64,000 nucleotides of DNA from Alphaproteobacteria bacterium (GTDB lineage Bacteria; Pseudomonadota; Alphaproteobacteria; Micavibrionales; Micavibrionaceae). A program made the position numbers and the translations under genes. Position 1 is the first letter of the stretch, and each line of letters begins with the position of its first letter. A model generated the notes under the pieces. The model was not told where the DNA came from, searched no databases, and saw only the letters and a list, made by a program, of their open reading frames with translations. Shown in pieces: positions 27,731-37,666 of this stretch. The stretch spans positions 4,598-68,597 of the forward strand of contig JABSQP010000009.1 of assembly GCA_013215815.1 (NCBI GenBank), given 5' to 3'.

Positions 27731-29689
27731 CTAATTCGTAATCATAGGATTTTCACTCAGGTCTGCTGCTGTCGCTCCAAAACGTCTTCTAGCGCCCTGC
27801 GCACGCTCTATCGCTTCTGTATGCTTCTCAAATTGCCCCGCCCTCAAATAGGCTAACGCAATCTTTTCATAGTAATCGATAACCGTTGATTTACGGTAAT
27901 GATAACGATACCCCTCTTCCAAAATTGCTAACGCACTCTCTTTGTCACCGCGCGCCATCAAAATATCAGCGACGGCCATACGGGCACCAAGATGTAGAAC
28001 GCTCAGCTTTAAGGCATCACGGTAGTATTCTTCTGACGTCTTAAAGTTCTCCGGAAGAAATCTGACCGGTGCTAATTGCCTTAAATTTCCTTTGTAATAC
28101 GCAACAGCAGCCGAGCGTGGATTAACCGATCCTGCGTTATTCAAATAGTAAACTGCCTGATCAACAACGTCCTTCAGACGCTCCTCATCCATTTGATCTT
28201 TAGCATGCTCTAATAAAGACAATGGAACCGTTACGCCCAAAAGATGGGTCCTATAGTTGGAATATTGACTAAAACGATGAGATAATTGAAGGCTTTTAGA
28301 AAACCCATCAAGATCCCCCGCAATAAGCTCTTTACGGGCTTTGTCGACTAAGTGTTCACTTACTAAATACGGCAAAAATAGCCCTGCGAGCATAAGGAAA
28401 GGCATACAAATCAACACCAGGCCAGACGAATTATTAACTTTTTCTGGCATGAGCACCTCTTTACGGCTTTTGCCGAGTATTTTCTCACTTGCCAAATACC
28501 ACACCGCCAATAAAAAGCCACACCCGTAGAGAATAGACAGATTATAAAAATTAAATGTTACATGCGCGTGCATCGTAACTGCACCCAGTGCAAAAAAAGG
28601 AATAATCAACAAGGCTCTATCGTGCCCATCAATCGGGGCCGCTTTATAGGCTTTAACCGTTCTAATCAAAACCGCAATCAATAATGCATAGAATAAAACA
28701 GGCCCTAAAACGCCCATCTCAACCCAAAATTGGAGTGGATCGCTATGCGCGTGATAAACCCCTTTGACCTCTTCCGGAATACGGTATTCGTTATAATAAA
28801 GAAAGAACATCCCCATACCGATACCAAAGAGCCAATTATCTTTTAGAATAGCAAGCGCACCTTCCCAAATGTTAAAGCGGTTATTACTAATATCCGGCTT
28901 TTCCAAAGTCACAGTTTCAACAGTACGCGTTATAATACGCGCGGTTTCTACATCGCCTAAAGTACTAGAAAAAAACAAAGCAATAGAACCAACAACAATA
29001 GTTATCAGGTAACGCCCATGGTTAAAAAACTCTGTCTTTAAACATATGGCCAAAACAGGAAGACACAGGGCAAGTGAGAAAAAAGCACCTCTGCTGCTTG
29101 TCGCAATCAATCCACCAAAATATAAAATAGCCATAGCTGTTGCTATCCATTTTTCGGAAACGCTTTTAGCGACAATAACCCAACCTATCGCAGACAAAAT
29201 AGCAAGGTTTAATAGAGCGCCAAGAGAATTTGAATTTGCAAGCGGATGATGTGCCGCGCCTCTATTCTCAACGTTAAAAAAGAAAAATTGGATGAGTGCC
29301 CAAACAGAAAGAACGGCGAAAATAACAGCTAGCACATAGCCTATCATCGCTATCATGCTTTTATGATCATCTCTAAGGGTAAACAAATAAAAACTAAGCG
29401 GCATCACGCTAAAAAAACAAAATGCCATTAAGCTTACTTGGATAACATCGGAAACAAACAGACTGCAAAAGGTTAAAAGCCAAAATGCTGCCATAAACCG
29501 ATGCGCCCAACTTTGAGGCACTTGCCACCCTTGCTTCAAACCTTTTTGTAGCAGAGCGATACTCCATAAAAAAACAAGAGCGACTGAGGCACCAAACAAT
29601 TCCAACTGCCAAGCATTGTTAAAATACAAGGCGCATATAAAAGCCGATAACCACAACAAAACAGGAAGAGAAAATAAAGTTCGAGTCAT
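27731..29689 (-). CDS. O-antigen ligase family (Wzy_C) membrane protein with C-terminal TPR region
   Basis: 652 aa with about 12 TM helices and a loop NRFNIWEGALAILKDNWLFGIGMGMF...HAHSDPLQFWVEMG typical of WaaL/PglL-type proteins. The C-terminal ~230 aa are TPR-like. Confidence 0.7.
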   Translation of the reverse strand: MTRTLFSLPVLLWLSAFICALYFNNAWQLELFGASVALVFLWSIALLQKGLKQGWQVPQSWAHRFMAAFWLLTFCSLFVSDVIQVSLMAFCFFSVMPLSFYLFTLRDDHKSMIAMIGYVLAVIFAVLSVWALIQFFFFNVENRGAAHHPLANSNSLGALLNLAILSAIGWVIVAKSVSEKWIATAMAILYFGGLIATSSRGAFFSLALCLPVLAICLKTEFFNHGRYLITIVVGSIALFFSSTLGDVETARIITRTVETVTLEKPDISNNRFNIWEGALAILKDNWLFGIGMGMFFLYYNEYRIPEEVKGVYHAHSDPLQFWVEMGVLGPVLFYALLIAVLIRTVKAYKAAPIDGHDRALLIIPFFALGAVTMHAHVTFNFYNLSILYGCGFLLAVWYLASEKILGKSRKEVLMPEKVNNSSGLVLICMPFLMLAGLFLPYLVSEHLVDKARKELIAGDLDGFSKSLQLSHRFSQYSNYRTHLLGVTVPLSLLEHAKDQMDEERLKDVVDQAVYYLNNAGSVNPRSAAVAYYKGNLRQLAPVRFLPENFKTSEEYYRDALKLSVLHLGARMAVADILMARGDKESALAILEEGYRYHYRKSTVIDYYEKIALAYLRAGQFEKHTEAIERAQGARRRFGATAADLSENPMITN

Positions 29690-29723
29690 GAACTGACTGT
29701 AGCGGAATTAAAGAAAAGTAACA

Positions 29724-29760
29724 TAAAAAAATGCCGGGTTTCTGTTGCTAGGTACCCGAC
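29724..29760 (-). terminator. Rho-independent terminator of ssrA
   Basis: On the minus strand, UCGGGU (29759-29754) pairs with ACCCGG (29739-29734). It is followed by CA and a 7-U run (29730-29724). Confidence 0.65.
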
Positions 29761-30098
29761 GAACCCCACCTTTACCGGTTCAATGGAAAAGGGATTGAAT
29801 GTAGCTTATGCTACGCGGCTCAATTAAGCAGCGATAGCTTCGTCACCAGCAACAACTAGGTTGTCGTTAGCGGCTACGAACTGCGCATTATCGTTTGCAG
29901 TTATAAAATCATCCGATATCGGCGGAAAAACCGAACGCCGCATGAAGCCTTTACTACGTGTGTCGATCCTGTTTCAGCCCCGCGATCTATCACTAACTTT
30001 GCGTAAAGTGATAATTGGTGGAGCTGCCGGGTACTGCCCCCGGGTCCACAACGCTTATTCCGCAACCGCGTTTAGCGTTATATCAGGGCAAGCCCTGA
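29731..30098 (-). ncRNA. ssrA: Two-piece (circularly permuted) tmRNA gene
   Basis: The acceptor piece ends ...GGACCCGGGGGCAGUACCCGGCAGCUCCACCA at 30016. A ~34-nt intervening segment spans 29982-30015. The coding piece starts GGGGCUGAAACAGGAUCGACA at 29981 and pairs with CAGCUCC, giving a G3:U70 pair. The tag frame begins GCA AAC GAU AAU (ANDN...) and ends ...AIAA-UAA. The outer ends are approximate. Confidence 0.85.
29824..29898 (-). other. tmRNA tag reading frame ANDNAQFVAANDNLVVAGDEAIAA-stop
   Basis: Read directly from the minus strand: resume codon GCA at 29898-29896 and stop TAA at 29826-29824. A second in-frame ANDN begins at 29871. Confidence 0.7.
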
Positions 30099-30104
30099 AC
30101 CTAT

Positions 30105-30133
30105 AATATACTGAAAAAACGTAAAAAATTCAA
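30105..30133 (-). promoter_or_regulatory. Sigma-70-type promoter of ssrA
   Basis: TTGAAT (30133-30128), a 17-nt spacer, then TATATT (30110-30105), about 7 nt upstream of the predicted tmRNA precursor start. Confidence 0.6.
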
Positions 30134-30136
30134 GAT

Positions 30137-30586
30137 TTATACGATTAAACCAGGCTTGCTACTAACAATAGGCTTGAAATCATCGCGCCAAGTCAACTCG
30201 GCTCCCTTACTGGTTACACTATCATGAAATTGGTTTTCATAGTGAGCTGCTTGAATGTATAAATCTGATGCTGCATTTACCAGCGTTGTTCTCACGATAT
30301 CGCCGAGTACCTTTGATGTAATCGGTCCAACTTTATTAGCTCCAGTCAAAATATCGAAAGGTTTTGCTGCTTCTACAGCATCCTCTGATATAACTGTTTC
30401 CGCGCCAGCAGAACAAAGCTCTCTAAGCACATCAGGATTTTCTCTAACGAGATAAGCGGCTGCCTGCATTACGCGCAAAACATGTGCTGCTGAAGCTAAG
30501 GTACCGTCAGCAGCTTTGACCATACCCTGTTTGAAAACCTGTTGGTTAATATCGCGTAAGTTTACTGGTTCATTGGCACTCATCAT
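30137..30586 (-). CDS. Hypothetical protein
   Basis: 149-aa soluble ORF with no recognisable motif. Confidence 0.45.
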   Translation of the reverse strand: MMSANEPVNLRDINQQVFKQGMVKAADGTLASAAHVLRVMQAAAYLVRENPDVLRELCSAGAETVISEDAVEAAKPFDILTGANKVGPITSKVLGDIVRTTLVNAASDLYIQAAHYENQFHDSVTSKGAELTWRDDFKPIVSSKPGLIV

Positions 30587-30722
30587 ACTCTCCTAATTTT
30601 CGCGGAAACTATCAATATTTATAAGTTATGTCAAATATTTGTTTGAGGATCGTGTTTATCAGGCCTATATGCCTGGAAAAGAATCATCTATGATGCACTT
30701 TATCTACTGAAGGAGTACTCTT

Positions 30723-31517
30723 ATGCAGCAATATCATGACCTCATGCGCCGTGTTTTAGACGAAGGCGTTAAAAAAGAAGATCGCACAGGCACAGGCACT
30801 TTAAGTGTTTTTGGCCACCAGATGCGTTTTGACCTTTCTGAAGGCTTCCCTATGGTCACGACGAAGAAGTTGCACCTTAAATCGATCATTCACGAACTAA
30901 TCTGGTTTTTGGCCGGTGATACGAATACGAAATACCTGACAGAAAACGGTGTTCGTATTTGGAACGAATGGGCAGATGAAAATGGTGATTTGGGCCCCGT
31001 ATACGGTCATCAATGGCGTAGCTGGCCAACACAAGATGGCAATACAATCGATCAAATTTCTAACCTGATTGAACGGATTAAGACAGATCCTGATTGCCGC
31101 CGCCTTATTGTGTCAGCTTGGAACGTTGGTGAAATTCCGAAAATGGCGCTACCACCATGCCACTGCTTCTTCCAGTTCTATGTTGCTGATGGAAAGCTGT
31201 CTTGTCAGCTATACCAACGCTCTGCCGATATTTTCCTCGGCGTGCCGTTTAACATTGCCTCATACGCACTGCTGACATTGATGGTAGCGCAAGTTTGTGG
31301 CCTTAAACCTGGTGATTTTGTGCACACATTTGGTGATGCACATATCTATACAAATCACATTGAGCAAGTGAACGAACAGCTCTCACGTGATTTCTACCCA
31401 GCGCCAGAAATGCACCTTAACCCTCATGTAAAAAATATCTTCGACTTTAAGTTCGAAGATTTTGAACTTGTTGGTTATGAAGCGCACCCACACATCGCTG
31501 GTAAAGTCGCCGTTTAA
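30723..31517 (+). CDS. thyA: Thymidylate synthase (ThyA type)
   Basis: Motifs [12 protein letters not shown], the catalytic context [12 protein letters not shown] and [18 protein letters not shown]. Confidence 0.95.
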   Translation: MQQYHDLMRRVLDEGVKKEDRTGTGTLSVFGHQMRFDLSEGFPMVTTKKLHLKSIIHELIWFLAGDTNTKYLTENGVRIWNEWADENGDLGPVYGHQWRSWPTQDGNTIDQISNLIERIKTDPDCRRLIVSAWNVGEIPKMALPPCHCFFQFYVADGKLSCQLYQRSADIFLGVPFNIASYALLTLMVAQVCGLKPGDFVHTFGDAHIYTNHIEQVNEQLSRDFYPAPEMHLNPHVKNIFDFKFEDFELVGYEAHPHIAGKVAV

Positions 31518-32002
31518 TGACAACGATTAGCTTAATCGTCGCAACCGCAGAAAATAACTGCATCGGTATTAATAATACAATGCCGTGGCATATTCCTGAG
31601 GATTTCAAACACTTTAAAGAAGTCACAATGGGTAAACCTTGTATCATGGGTCGCAAAACCTATGAAAGCATCCTTGATCAATTAGGCAAGCCTCTTCCTG
31701 GGCGTACGTCTATTGTTGTAAGCAGATCAGGTTATGAGCATGAAGGCGCTTTATCTGCGGCGTCTTTAGAAGAAGCCATTGAAAAAGCAAAATCAGAAAA
31801 TACGGATGAAGTTATGATTATTGGTGGCGCACAAATATATAAACAAGCGCTTGAGAATAACTTGGCCAGCAGAATCTATCTAACGCGCGTTCATAAATCT
31901 TATGATGGCGATGCATTCTTCCCTGAACTAGATTCAGTTTGGTACGAGGCTAAAAAAGACGCCCGTGATGAATACAGCTTTGTTACTTTAGAGCGCAGCT
32001 AA
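31517..32002 (+). CDS. folA: Dihydrofolate reductase
   Basis: Motifs IGINNTMPWHIPEDFKHFKEVT, MGRKTYESI and IIGGAQIY. Its ATG overlaps the thyA stop. Confidence 0.9.
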   Translation: MTTISLIVATAENNCIGINNTMPWHIPEDFKHFKEVTMGKPCIMGRKTYESILDQLGKPLPGRTSIVVSRSGYEHEGALSAASLEEAIEKAKSENTDEVMIIGGAQIYKQALENNLASRIYLTRVHKSYDGDAFFPELDSVWYEAKKDARDEYSFVTLERS

Positions 32003-33010
32003 AACCGTCTTTGTAATATCTTGATAATTCTCTAAATCACTAATCTTTCCAGCGTCGGAATCCTCTCTAACCGATATATGCAAAGGGATTGAACCAAGAT
32101 ACGAAACGTTACGTTTCTTTGTTTCTTTTTTAAGATCATGACCAAAAATATGCTCTTCATGACCGCAAGCAGAGCAAATATGTGTACTCATATTTTCAAC
32201 GAGACCCAAGATCGGAACGTTCGTCTTTTTAAACATTTCAATCGCTTTGACTGCATCGATCATCGCAAGGTCTTGTGGCGTCGACACGATCACGGCGCCA
32301 TCAACGTCTACTTTTTGTGCCAACGTTAATTGTGCATCCCCTGTCCCTGGCGGCATATCAATCACAAGAACATCCAGCGGCTCATCCTGCGTTCCCCATG
32401 CCACATCGCGCAGCATCTGATAAATCGCGCTTTGCACCATCGGTCCGCGCCAAATCATCGGCTCATCCGGATCAACCATAAAACCAATCGACATAACTTT
32501 AAGGCCATGCGCATCAAACGGGATAAGCTGCTTATTCTCATCCATATCAGGTTTTTTATAAGGAAGGCCTGTTAAGCGCGGTATGCTCGGACCATAAATA
32601 TCTGCATCCAGTAAACCAACTTTAAGTCCCTGCTTTGCCATCGCCGCCGCAATATTAACCGATACAGTCGATTTTCCAACGCCGCCCTTGCCAGAGGCAA
32701 CCGCGATAATCTTCTTAATCGGTAGCTTCAGCCTTGGGTTTTTATTCATGCCATGCGGATCAGGCGTATTATCTTGTGCCTCTCGTTCAGCCGTTAGAAT
32801 GGCAGTCACCTTGCTTACACCTTCCAAAGCCAATACTTCTTTTTCGGCTTTTTGGCGCATCTCTTCCATATCTGCGCCAGCGCTTGGATCCACCAAAACA
32901 GAAAAAGAAACCTCACCCTTATCCGAAATGTAGACGCCCGAAAGCTTATCGGTAGGCACGATTTTTTCTAGTGCCACCAAAATGTCTTTTTCATGAAGTG
33001 CTTTTGCCAT
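31988..33010 (-). CDS. apbC: Mrp/NBP35 (ApbC) iron-sulfur cluster carrier ATPase
   Basis: Deviant Walker A SGKGGVGKST, the DADIYGPS and MPPGTGD motifs, and a CSACGHEE Cys pair. The ATG at 33010 is preferred; the ORF-track TTG is at 33061. Confidence 0.85.
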   Translation of the reverse strand: MAKALHEKDILVALEKIVPTDKLSGVYISDKGEVSFSVLVDPSAGADMEEMRQKAEKEVLALEGVSKVTAILTAEREAQDNTPDPHGMNKNPRLKLPIKKIIAVASGKGGVGKSTVSVNIAAAMAKQGLKVGLLDADIYGPSIPRLTGLPYKKPDMDENKQLIPFDAHGLKVMSIGFMVDPDEPMIWRGPMVQSAIYQMLRDVAWGTQDEPLDVLVIDMPPGTGDAQLTLAQKVDVDGAVIVSTPQDLAMIDAVKAIEMFKKTNVPILGLVENMSTHICSACGHEEHIFGHDLKKETKKRNVSYLGSIPLHISVREDSDAGKISDLENYQDITKTVLAAL

Positions 33011-33141
33011 ATTTTTCTTTAATTTTCCAAGCATAACCTTTACGTCGATAATCCTTGCCAAGCGGCATAAAAACGATAATGTATGGGGCTAGTCATACAC
33101 CCTAATATCAGGTTTTAGAACAAAAAAAGGAATAATCTAGC

Positions 33142-34290
33142 ATGGGCGATAATAAAGGCTCCGGTAAGAACAAAAATCCTTGGGGAAACCCAAAAGGCGG
33201 CGATAAAGATCGCGGACGTAAAGATCACGACGATCATCGCGGCAGAGGACACAAAGATTGGCACAAAGGCCGAGGCGGCAATGAGCCTGATTTAGATGCT
33301 ATGCTGCGTAATGCACAAAATAACTTCAACGATATGATTCCAGGCGGCCTCGGGAGCGGCGTTGTCGGTCTTGGTCTGGGTCTTATCTTACTAGTAACCT
33401 TTATTTCACTATGTACGTTTATCGTGCAGCCGGGTGAGCAAGCCGTCGTTCAGCGCTTTGGCGCCTATGATCGTACGAAAGTGACAGAAGGTTTGGGCTT
33501 TAAGATGCCAAACCCGCTTGAAAAAGTAACAAAAGTAAACGTGAACGAAATTCGCCGTATGAATATCGGCTTTACGCAAAGCTTTGGCCGTGGCGGTTCT
33601 TCTCAATTAAGAGATCTTCCAGAAGAAAGCCTCATGCTGACATCGGATCGTAACATTGTTGATCTGGATCTTGTTATTCAGTGGGACATTGCCTCTGCAG
33701 AAGACTATCTTTTCAACATTTATGATCAAGAAAACACAATTAAGAAAGTTGCTGAAAGCGCTATCCGTGAAGCCGTTGGTCAAACACGCATGTTCCCTAT
33801 CATTACAACAGAGCGTGATAAAGTGGCTCAACATACAAAAGACATCATCCAAAAAAACCTTGATGAGTATAACTCAGGCGTAAGCATCAAGCAGGTCTTG
33901 ATCCAGCGCGCTGAAGTACATCCTGATGTTCAGCAAGCTTTCCAAGACGTTCAATCTGCGAAACAAGATGCGGAAGATGTTCAAAACCGTGCACAAGCGT
34001 ACCGCGAAGACATTCTTCCGAAAGCACGCGGACAAGCAATCCAACTTGTTCAAGAAGCAGAAGGTTATAAGGATGCAAAAGTTGCGCGTTCGACTGGTGA
34101 CGCCGACCGCTTCAATTCAATCTATAAAGCATACTTGAGTGGTAAAGACGTGACAAAAGAGCGTATCTACATCGAAACAATGGAAGAAGTTCTGGGCAAC
34201 GCACAGAAAATCATTCTTGATCAAGAAGGTGGTGGTGTCGTGCCTTACTTACCACTCGATAGCCTCAACAAAAAAAGTAACAAACAATAA
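33142..34290 (+). CDS. hflK: FtsH protease modulator HflK
   Basis: 382 aa with a basic G/K/D/H-rich N-terminal tail, one TM and an SPFH/band-7 domain (VQPGEQAVVQRFG...), followed by hflC. Confidence 0.9.
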   Translation: MGDNKGSGKNKNPWGNPKGGDKDRGRKDHDDHRGRGHKDWHKGRGGNEPDLDAMLRNAQNNFNDMIPGGLGSGVVGLGLGLILLVTFISLCTFIVQPGEQAVVQRFGAYDRTKVTEGLGFKMPNPLEKVTKVNVNEIRRMNIGFTQSFGRGGSSQLRDLPEESLMLTSDRNIVDLDLVIQWDIASAEDYLFNIYDQENTIKKVAESAIREAVGQTRMFPIITTERDKVAQHTKDIIQKNLDEYNSGVSIKQVLIQRAEVHPDVQQAFQDVQSAKQDAEDVQNRAQAYREDILPKARGQAIQLVQEAEGYKDAKVARSTGDADRFNSIYKAYLSGKDVTKERIYIETMEEVLGNAQKIILDQEGGGVVPYLPLDSLNKKSNKQ

Positions 34291-34294
34291 AACG

Positions 34295-34324
34295 CAAGGA
34301 ACTCAAACACAAGGAACTCAAACA
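34295..34324 (+). repeat. Perfect 15-nt tandem duplication in the hflK-hflC spacer
   Basis: CAAGGAACTCAAACA occurs twice (34295-34309 and 34310-34324). Each copy carries an AAGGAA SD, and the second lies 9 nt from the hflC ATG. Confidence 0.8.
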
Positions 34325-34325
34325 A

Positions 34326-35255
34326 ATGAACCAGACTAATCTTACCATTCTTCTTGTTTCTCTTGCGATTGTCTTCGTTGTTGGATCGCAAAGTATCTTT
34401 ACCGTTGACCAGCGTGAACAGGCGCTTGTTCTACAACTTGGTAATCCAGTTGGTGAACCACGCGGCCCTGGCTTGCATTTCAAACTACCACTTGTTCAGG
34501 AAGTGCGCATCTTTGATCGCCGTATCCTCTCTGTTGATCCAGCGCCAGAACAAGTTGTTATCTCTAGCGCGACATTCAACAAAACGACTGAAGAAGGCGA
34601 GGAGCAACAAGACGACTTTTCAAATATTAGCGGGGAACCAATTATCGTTGATAGTTTCGCGCGTTATAAAATCACAGATCCTCTACAGTTCTTAAAAACG
34701 CTTGGAACAATTGGCCGAGCAAATTCACGTTTAGAAAACATTCTCAACGATGCAACGCGTTCGGTTCTTGGTCAAACAACACTAAGAGAACTACTTTCAG
34801 AAGAAAGAACAGCTGTGATGGCAAGCATCAAAAGCCGCGTAAACAAAAAGACACAGGAAGATAAACTCGGTGTTAAAATTGTTGACGTTCGTATTGTTCG
34901 CGCCGACCTAACAGCAGAACTTCGTACATCGACTGTTCGCCGCATGATTTCTGAACTGCAAGAGCGCGCAACAGAAACACGCGCTAAAGGTGAAGAGCGT
35001 GCAAAAGAAATTCGCTCTACTGCCGAAAAGGAGCGCACAGTAATTCTGGCGGAAGCAGAGCGTGATGCGCAAATCATCCGAGGTGAAGGTGATAATCAAG
35101 CGATTAAAATCTACGCTGAAGCTTTCAACAAAGACAAAGAGTTCTACGGCTTTATCCGCTCAATGGAAGCATACCGTAATACTTTGGCGGATTCAGAAAC
35201 ACGCCTGATCCTATCACCGGATAGTGACTTCTTCCGTTACTTCGAAGGCCGCTAA
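34326..35255 (+). CDS. hflC: FtsH protease modulator HflC
   Basis: 309 aa with an N-terminal TM and an SPFH domain (FTVDQREQALVLQLG...), paired with hflK. Confidence 0.9.
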   Translation: MNQTNLTILLVSLAIVFVVGSQSIFTVDQREQALVLQLGNPVGEPRGPGLHFKLPLVQEVRIFDRRILSVDPAPEQVVISSATFNKTTEEGEEQQDDFSNISGEPIIVDSFARYKITDPLQFLKTLGTIGRANSRLENILNDATRSVLGQTTLRELLSEERTAVMASIKSRVNKKTQEDKLGVKIVDVRIVRADLTAELRTSTVRRMISELQERATETRAKGEERAKEIRSTAEKERTVILAEAERDAQIIRGEGDNQAIKIYAEAFNKDKEFYGFIRSMEAYRNTLADSETRLILSPDSDFFRYFEGR

Positions 35256-35288
35256 TACAAACAAATAACTTAAAAGGATTTTAAGATT

Positions 35289-36770
35289 ATGAAGACGTTA
35301 CTTACTGCTGCATCAATTGGGATGATAGCTTTTGCACCAACATTTGCGCTTGCAAAAGAAGCAATGCCCCCTCTCAATGCCCCGGCAACTTTTGCAGGTT
35401 TGGCATCGCAACTTTCCCCTGCCGTAGTCAATATATCGTCAACGCAAAAAGCAGAAATTATCGACGATGCAACACCTGAATTCCCTGAATTCCCGCCAGG
35501 ATCACCATTTGAAGATTTCTTTGAAGAATTTATGGGTAAACCAAATGGTAACGGCGGCGGTATGCCATCTCTGCCCCCGTCTTCTTTAGGATCGGGCTTT
35601 GTTGTTGATGCTGAAAAAGGATACATCATCACAAATAACCACGTTATTCGGGATGCTGAAAAAGTGCGCGTCACATTCAATGATGACAGTACGCTGAAAG
35701 CGAAAATCGTTGGCCGTGATGAAAAAGTTGATATCGCTGTCCTTCAGGTTGAAACAGATAAAAAACTAACCGCTGTTTCTTTTGGTAACAGTGATGTGAT
35801 GCGTGTTGGCGATTGGGTACTGGCTATTGGTAATCCGTTTGGCCTCGGCGGTACGGTCACAGCCGGCATTATCTCTGCGCGTCAGCGTGATATTAATTCT
35901 GGCCCTTATGATGATTACATACAAACAGACGCGTCTATTAACCGCGGTAACTCTGGCGGCCCAATGTTTAACCTGAAAGGTGAGGTAATCGGCATTAATA
36001 CGGCGATCTTCTCACCATCTGGCGGCTCTGTCGGTATTGGATTTGCCATTCCTTCTGACCTCGCGCAGCCTATTATCAAACAATTGATTGAATATGGCCG
36101 TACACGCCGTGGCTGGCTCGGTGTTCGTATTCAAACAGTTACAGAAGAAATTGCAGATAGCCTCGGTCTGGATGAACCTTACGGCGCTCTTGTGGCAAGT
36201 GTCACAGAAGATGGTCCAGCTGAAGCGGCCAAACTTAAAGCAGGTGATGTCATTACAGAATTTGCAGGTAAAACTATTCGCGAGATGCGTGAATTACCAC
36301 GCATTGTGGCTGAAACACCAATTGATGAAGCAACAAGTTTGAAATACTGGCGCGATGGTAAAGAACGCACAGCCAAGGTGACAATCGGTGAGCTTGAAAA
36401 AGCAGAAGAAGATGGTCTTTTAGCATTAAACGAGCCGAATAAAGAGACAAAAACAAAAGCAACCGAAATTGAAACAGTCGGCATTCATGTTACATCTCTG
36501 ACAAAAATGCTTCGCGAAAACTTTAATATCGGCGATGATGTAACTGGCGTTCTTGTAACAAAAATTGATCTTCAAGGTGAAGCTGCAAGTAAAGGTATTG
36601 ATAGCGGTGACGTAATTGTTGAGATTAATCAGCAGAGTGTGGGTTCCGCAAAAGACGTGCAAGACGCAATCGAGAAAGCACAGAAAGACAAACACTCTTC
36701 TATCCTTCTTCTTGTTAATCGTGAAGGCGACGTACGCTTTGTTGCATTAAAGTTGGATGAGCAAGAGTAA
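35289..36770 (+). CDS. Periplasmic serine endoprotease DegP/DegQ (HtrA family)
   Basis: Signal peptide, GSGFVV, TNNHVI (His), DIAVLQV (Asp), GNSGGPMFN (Ser) and two PDZ-like regions. Confidence 0.9.
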   Translation: MKTLLTAASIGMIAFAPTFALAKEAMPPLNAPATFAGLASQLSPAVVNISSTQKAEIIDDATPEFPEFPPGSPFEDFFEEFMGKPNGNGGGMPSLPPSSLGSGFVVDAEKGYIITNNHVIRDAEKVRVTFNDDSTLKAKIVGRDEKVDIAVLQVETDKKLTAVSFGNSDVMRVGDWVLAIGNPFGLGGTVTAGIISARQRDINSGPYDDYIQTDASINRGNSGGPMFNLKGEVIGINTAIFSPSGGSVGIGFAIPSDLAQPIIKQLIEYGRTRRGWLGVRIQTVTEEIADSLGLDEPYGALVASVTEDGPAEAAKLKAGDVITEFAGKTIREMRELPRIVAETPIDEATSLKYWRDGKERTAKVTIGELEKAEEDGLLALNEPNKETKTKATEIETVGIHVTSLTKMLRENFNIGDDVTGVLVTKIDLQGEAASKGIDSGDVIVEINQQSVGSAKDVQDAIEKAQKDKHSSILLLVNREGDVRFVALKLDEQE

Positions 36771-37662
36771 AATCCATATCATTGGCGGGCCGACGGCCAG
36801 TGGTAAGTCAGCTCACGCTTTAGAACTCGCTTCAGAAGAAGACGGCGTTATTATCAACGCCGATTCTATGCAAGTTTATGACGGCTTGCATCTTCTAACA
36901 GCGCAACCGCCCCAAGAAGATTTCGAGAAAGCGCCACATCTATTATACAGCGCCCTACATCCTAATGAACCATGCAGCGCCGGCAACTGGCGTGAGATGG
37001 TTGAACCGATTATTCACGAGACATTACGCGACGGCAAAATACCTATTATTGTCGGCGGTTCCGGCCTCTATATTAAGGCGTTAATGGACGGGCTCTCACC
37101 TATTCCAGATATTCCACAAGAAGTCCGTGACCGTGTTGTTGCTCTTCATGAAGAACTGGGCAATCCACGTTTTTACGATGCGCTGCATGAACGTGATCCA
37201 ATCATGGCTGAACGCTTTCACCCTTTCCATACGGCACGTCTAATCCGTGCTTATGAAGTAATAGAAGCAACAGGAAAAAGTCTCGCCGAATGGCAAGAAC
37301 TACCACTGATCACGCCGCCCGATGATTGGATCTTTCACGTTAATCTTATCCTTCCCGAACGTGAAACACTTTATAACCGCTGTAATGAGCGCTTCTTATG
37401 GATGATGGATAATGGAGCCATCGAAGAAGTTGAAGCATTTGACATCGCATTAAAATCAGGTGAAATCGTCGATAATGTACCGCTTATCAAAGCCCTTGGC
37501 GCCCCTGCGTTACGAGAGTATATCAACGGGGATACATCCAAGGATGAAGCTATTACAAAAGCTCAAGGGCAAACACGTCAGTATGCGAAACGTCAAATCA
37601 CATGGTTTAAGCACCAAATCAAAAAGCAAAAAAATGTTGCCAGCATCAAAATTTTGAACTAG
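36757..37662 (+). CDS. miaA: tRNA dimethylallyltransferase
   Basis: P-loop GGPTASGKS, ADSMQVY, IVGGSGLY and RQYAKRQITWF. Confidence 0.9.
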   Translation: MSKSKIHIIGGPTASGKSAHALELASEEDGVIINADSMQVYDGLHLLTAQPPQEDFEKAPHLLYSALHPNEPCSAGNWREMVEPIIHETLRDGKIPIIVGGSGLYIKALMDGLSPIPDIPQEVRDRVVALHEELGNPRFYDALHERDPIMAERFHPFHTARLIRAYEVIEATGKSLAEWQELPLITPPDDWIFHVNLILPERETLYNRCNERFLWMMDNGAIEEVEAFDIALKSGEIVDNVPLIKALGAPALREYINGDTSKDEAITKAQGQTRQYAKRQITWFKHQIKKQKNVASIKILN

Positions 37663-37666
37663 CGTG

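Noticed and set aside
29861-30106. 81-aa plus-strand ORF
   Set aside because: It lies entirely within the tmRNA gene on the opposite strand, and the RNA-gene evidence is far stronger.
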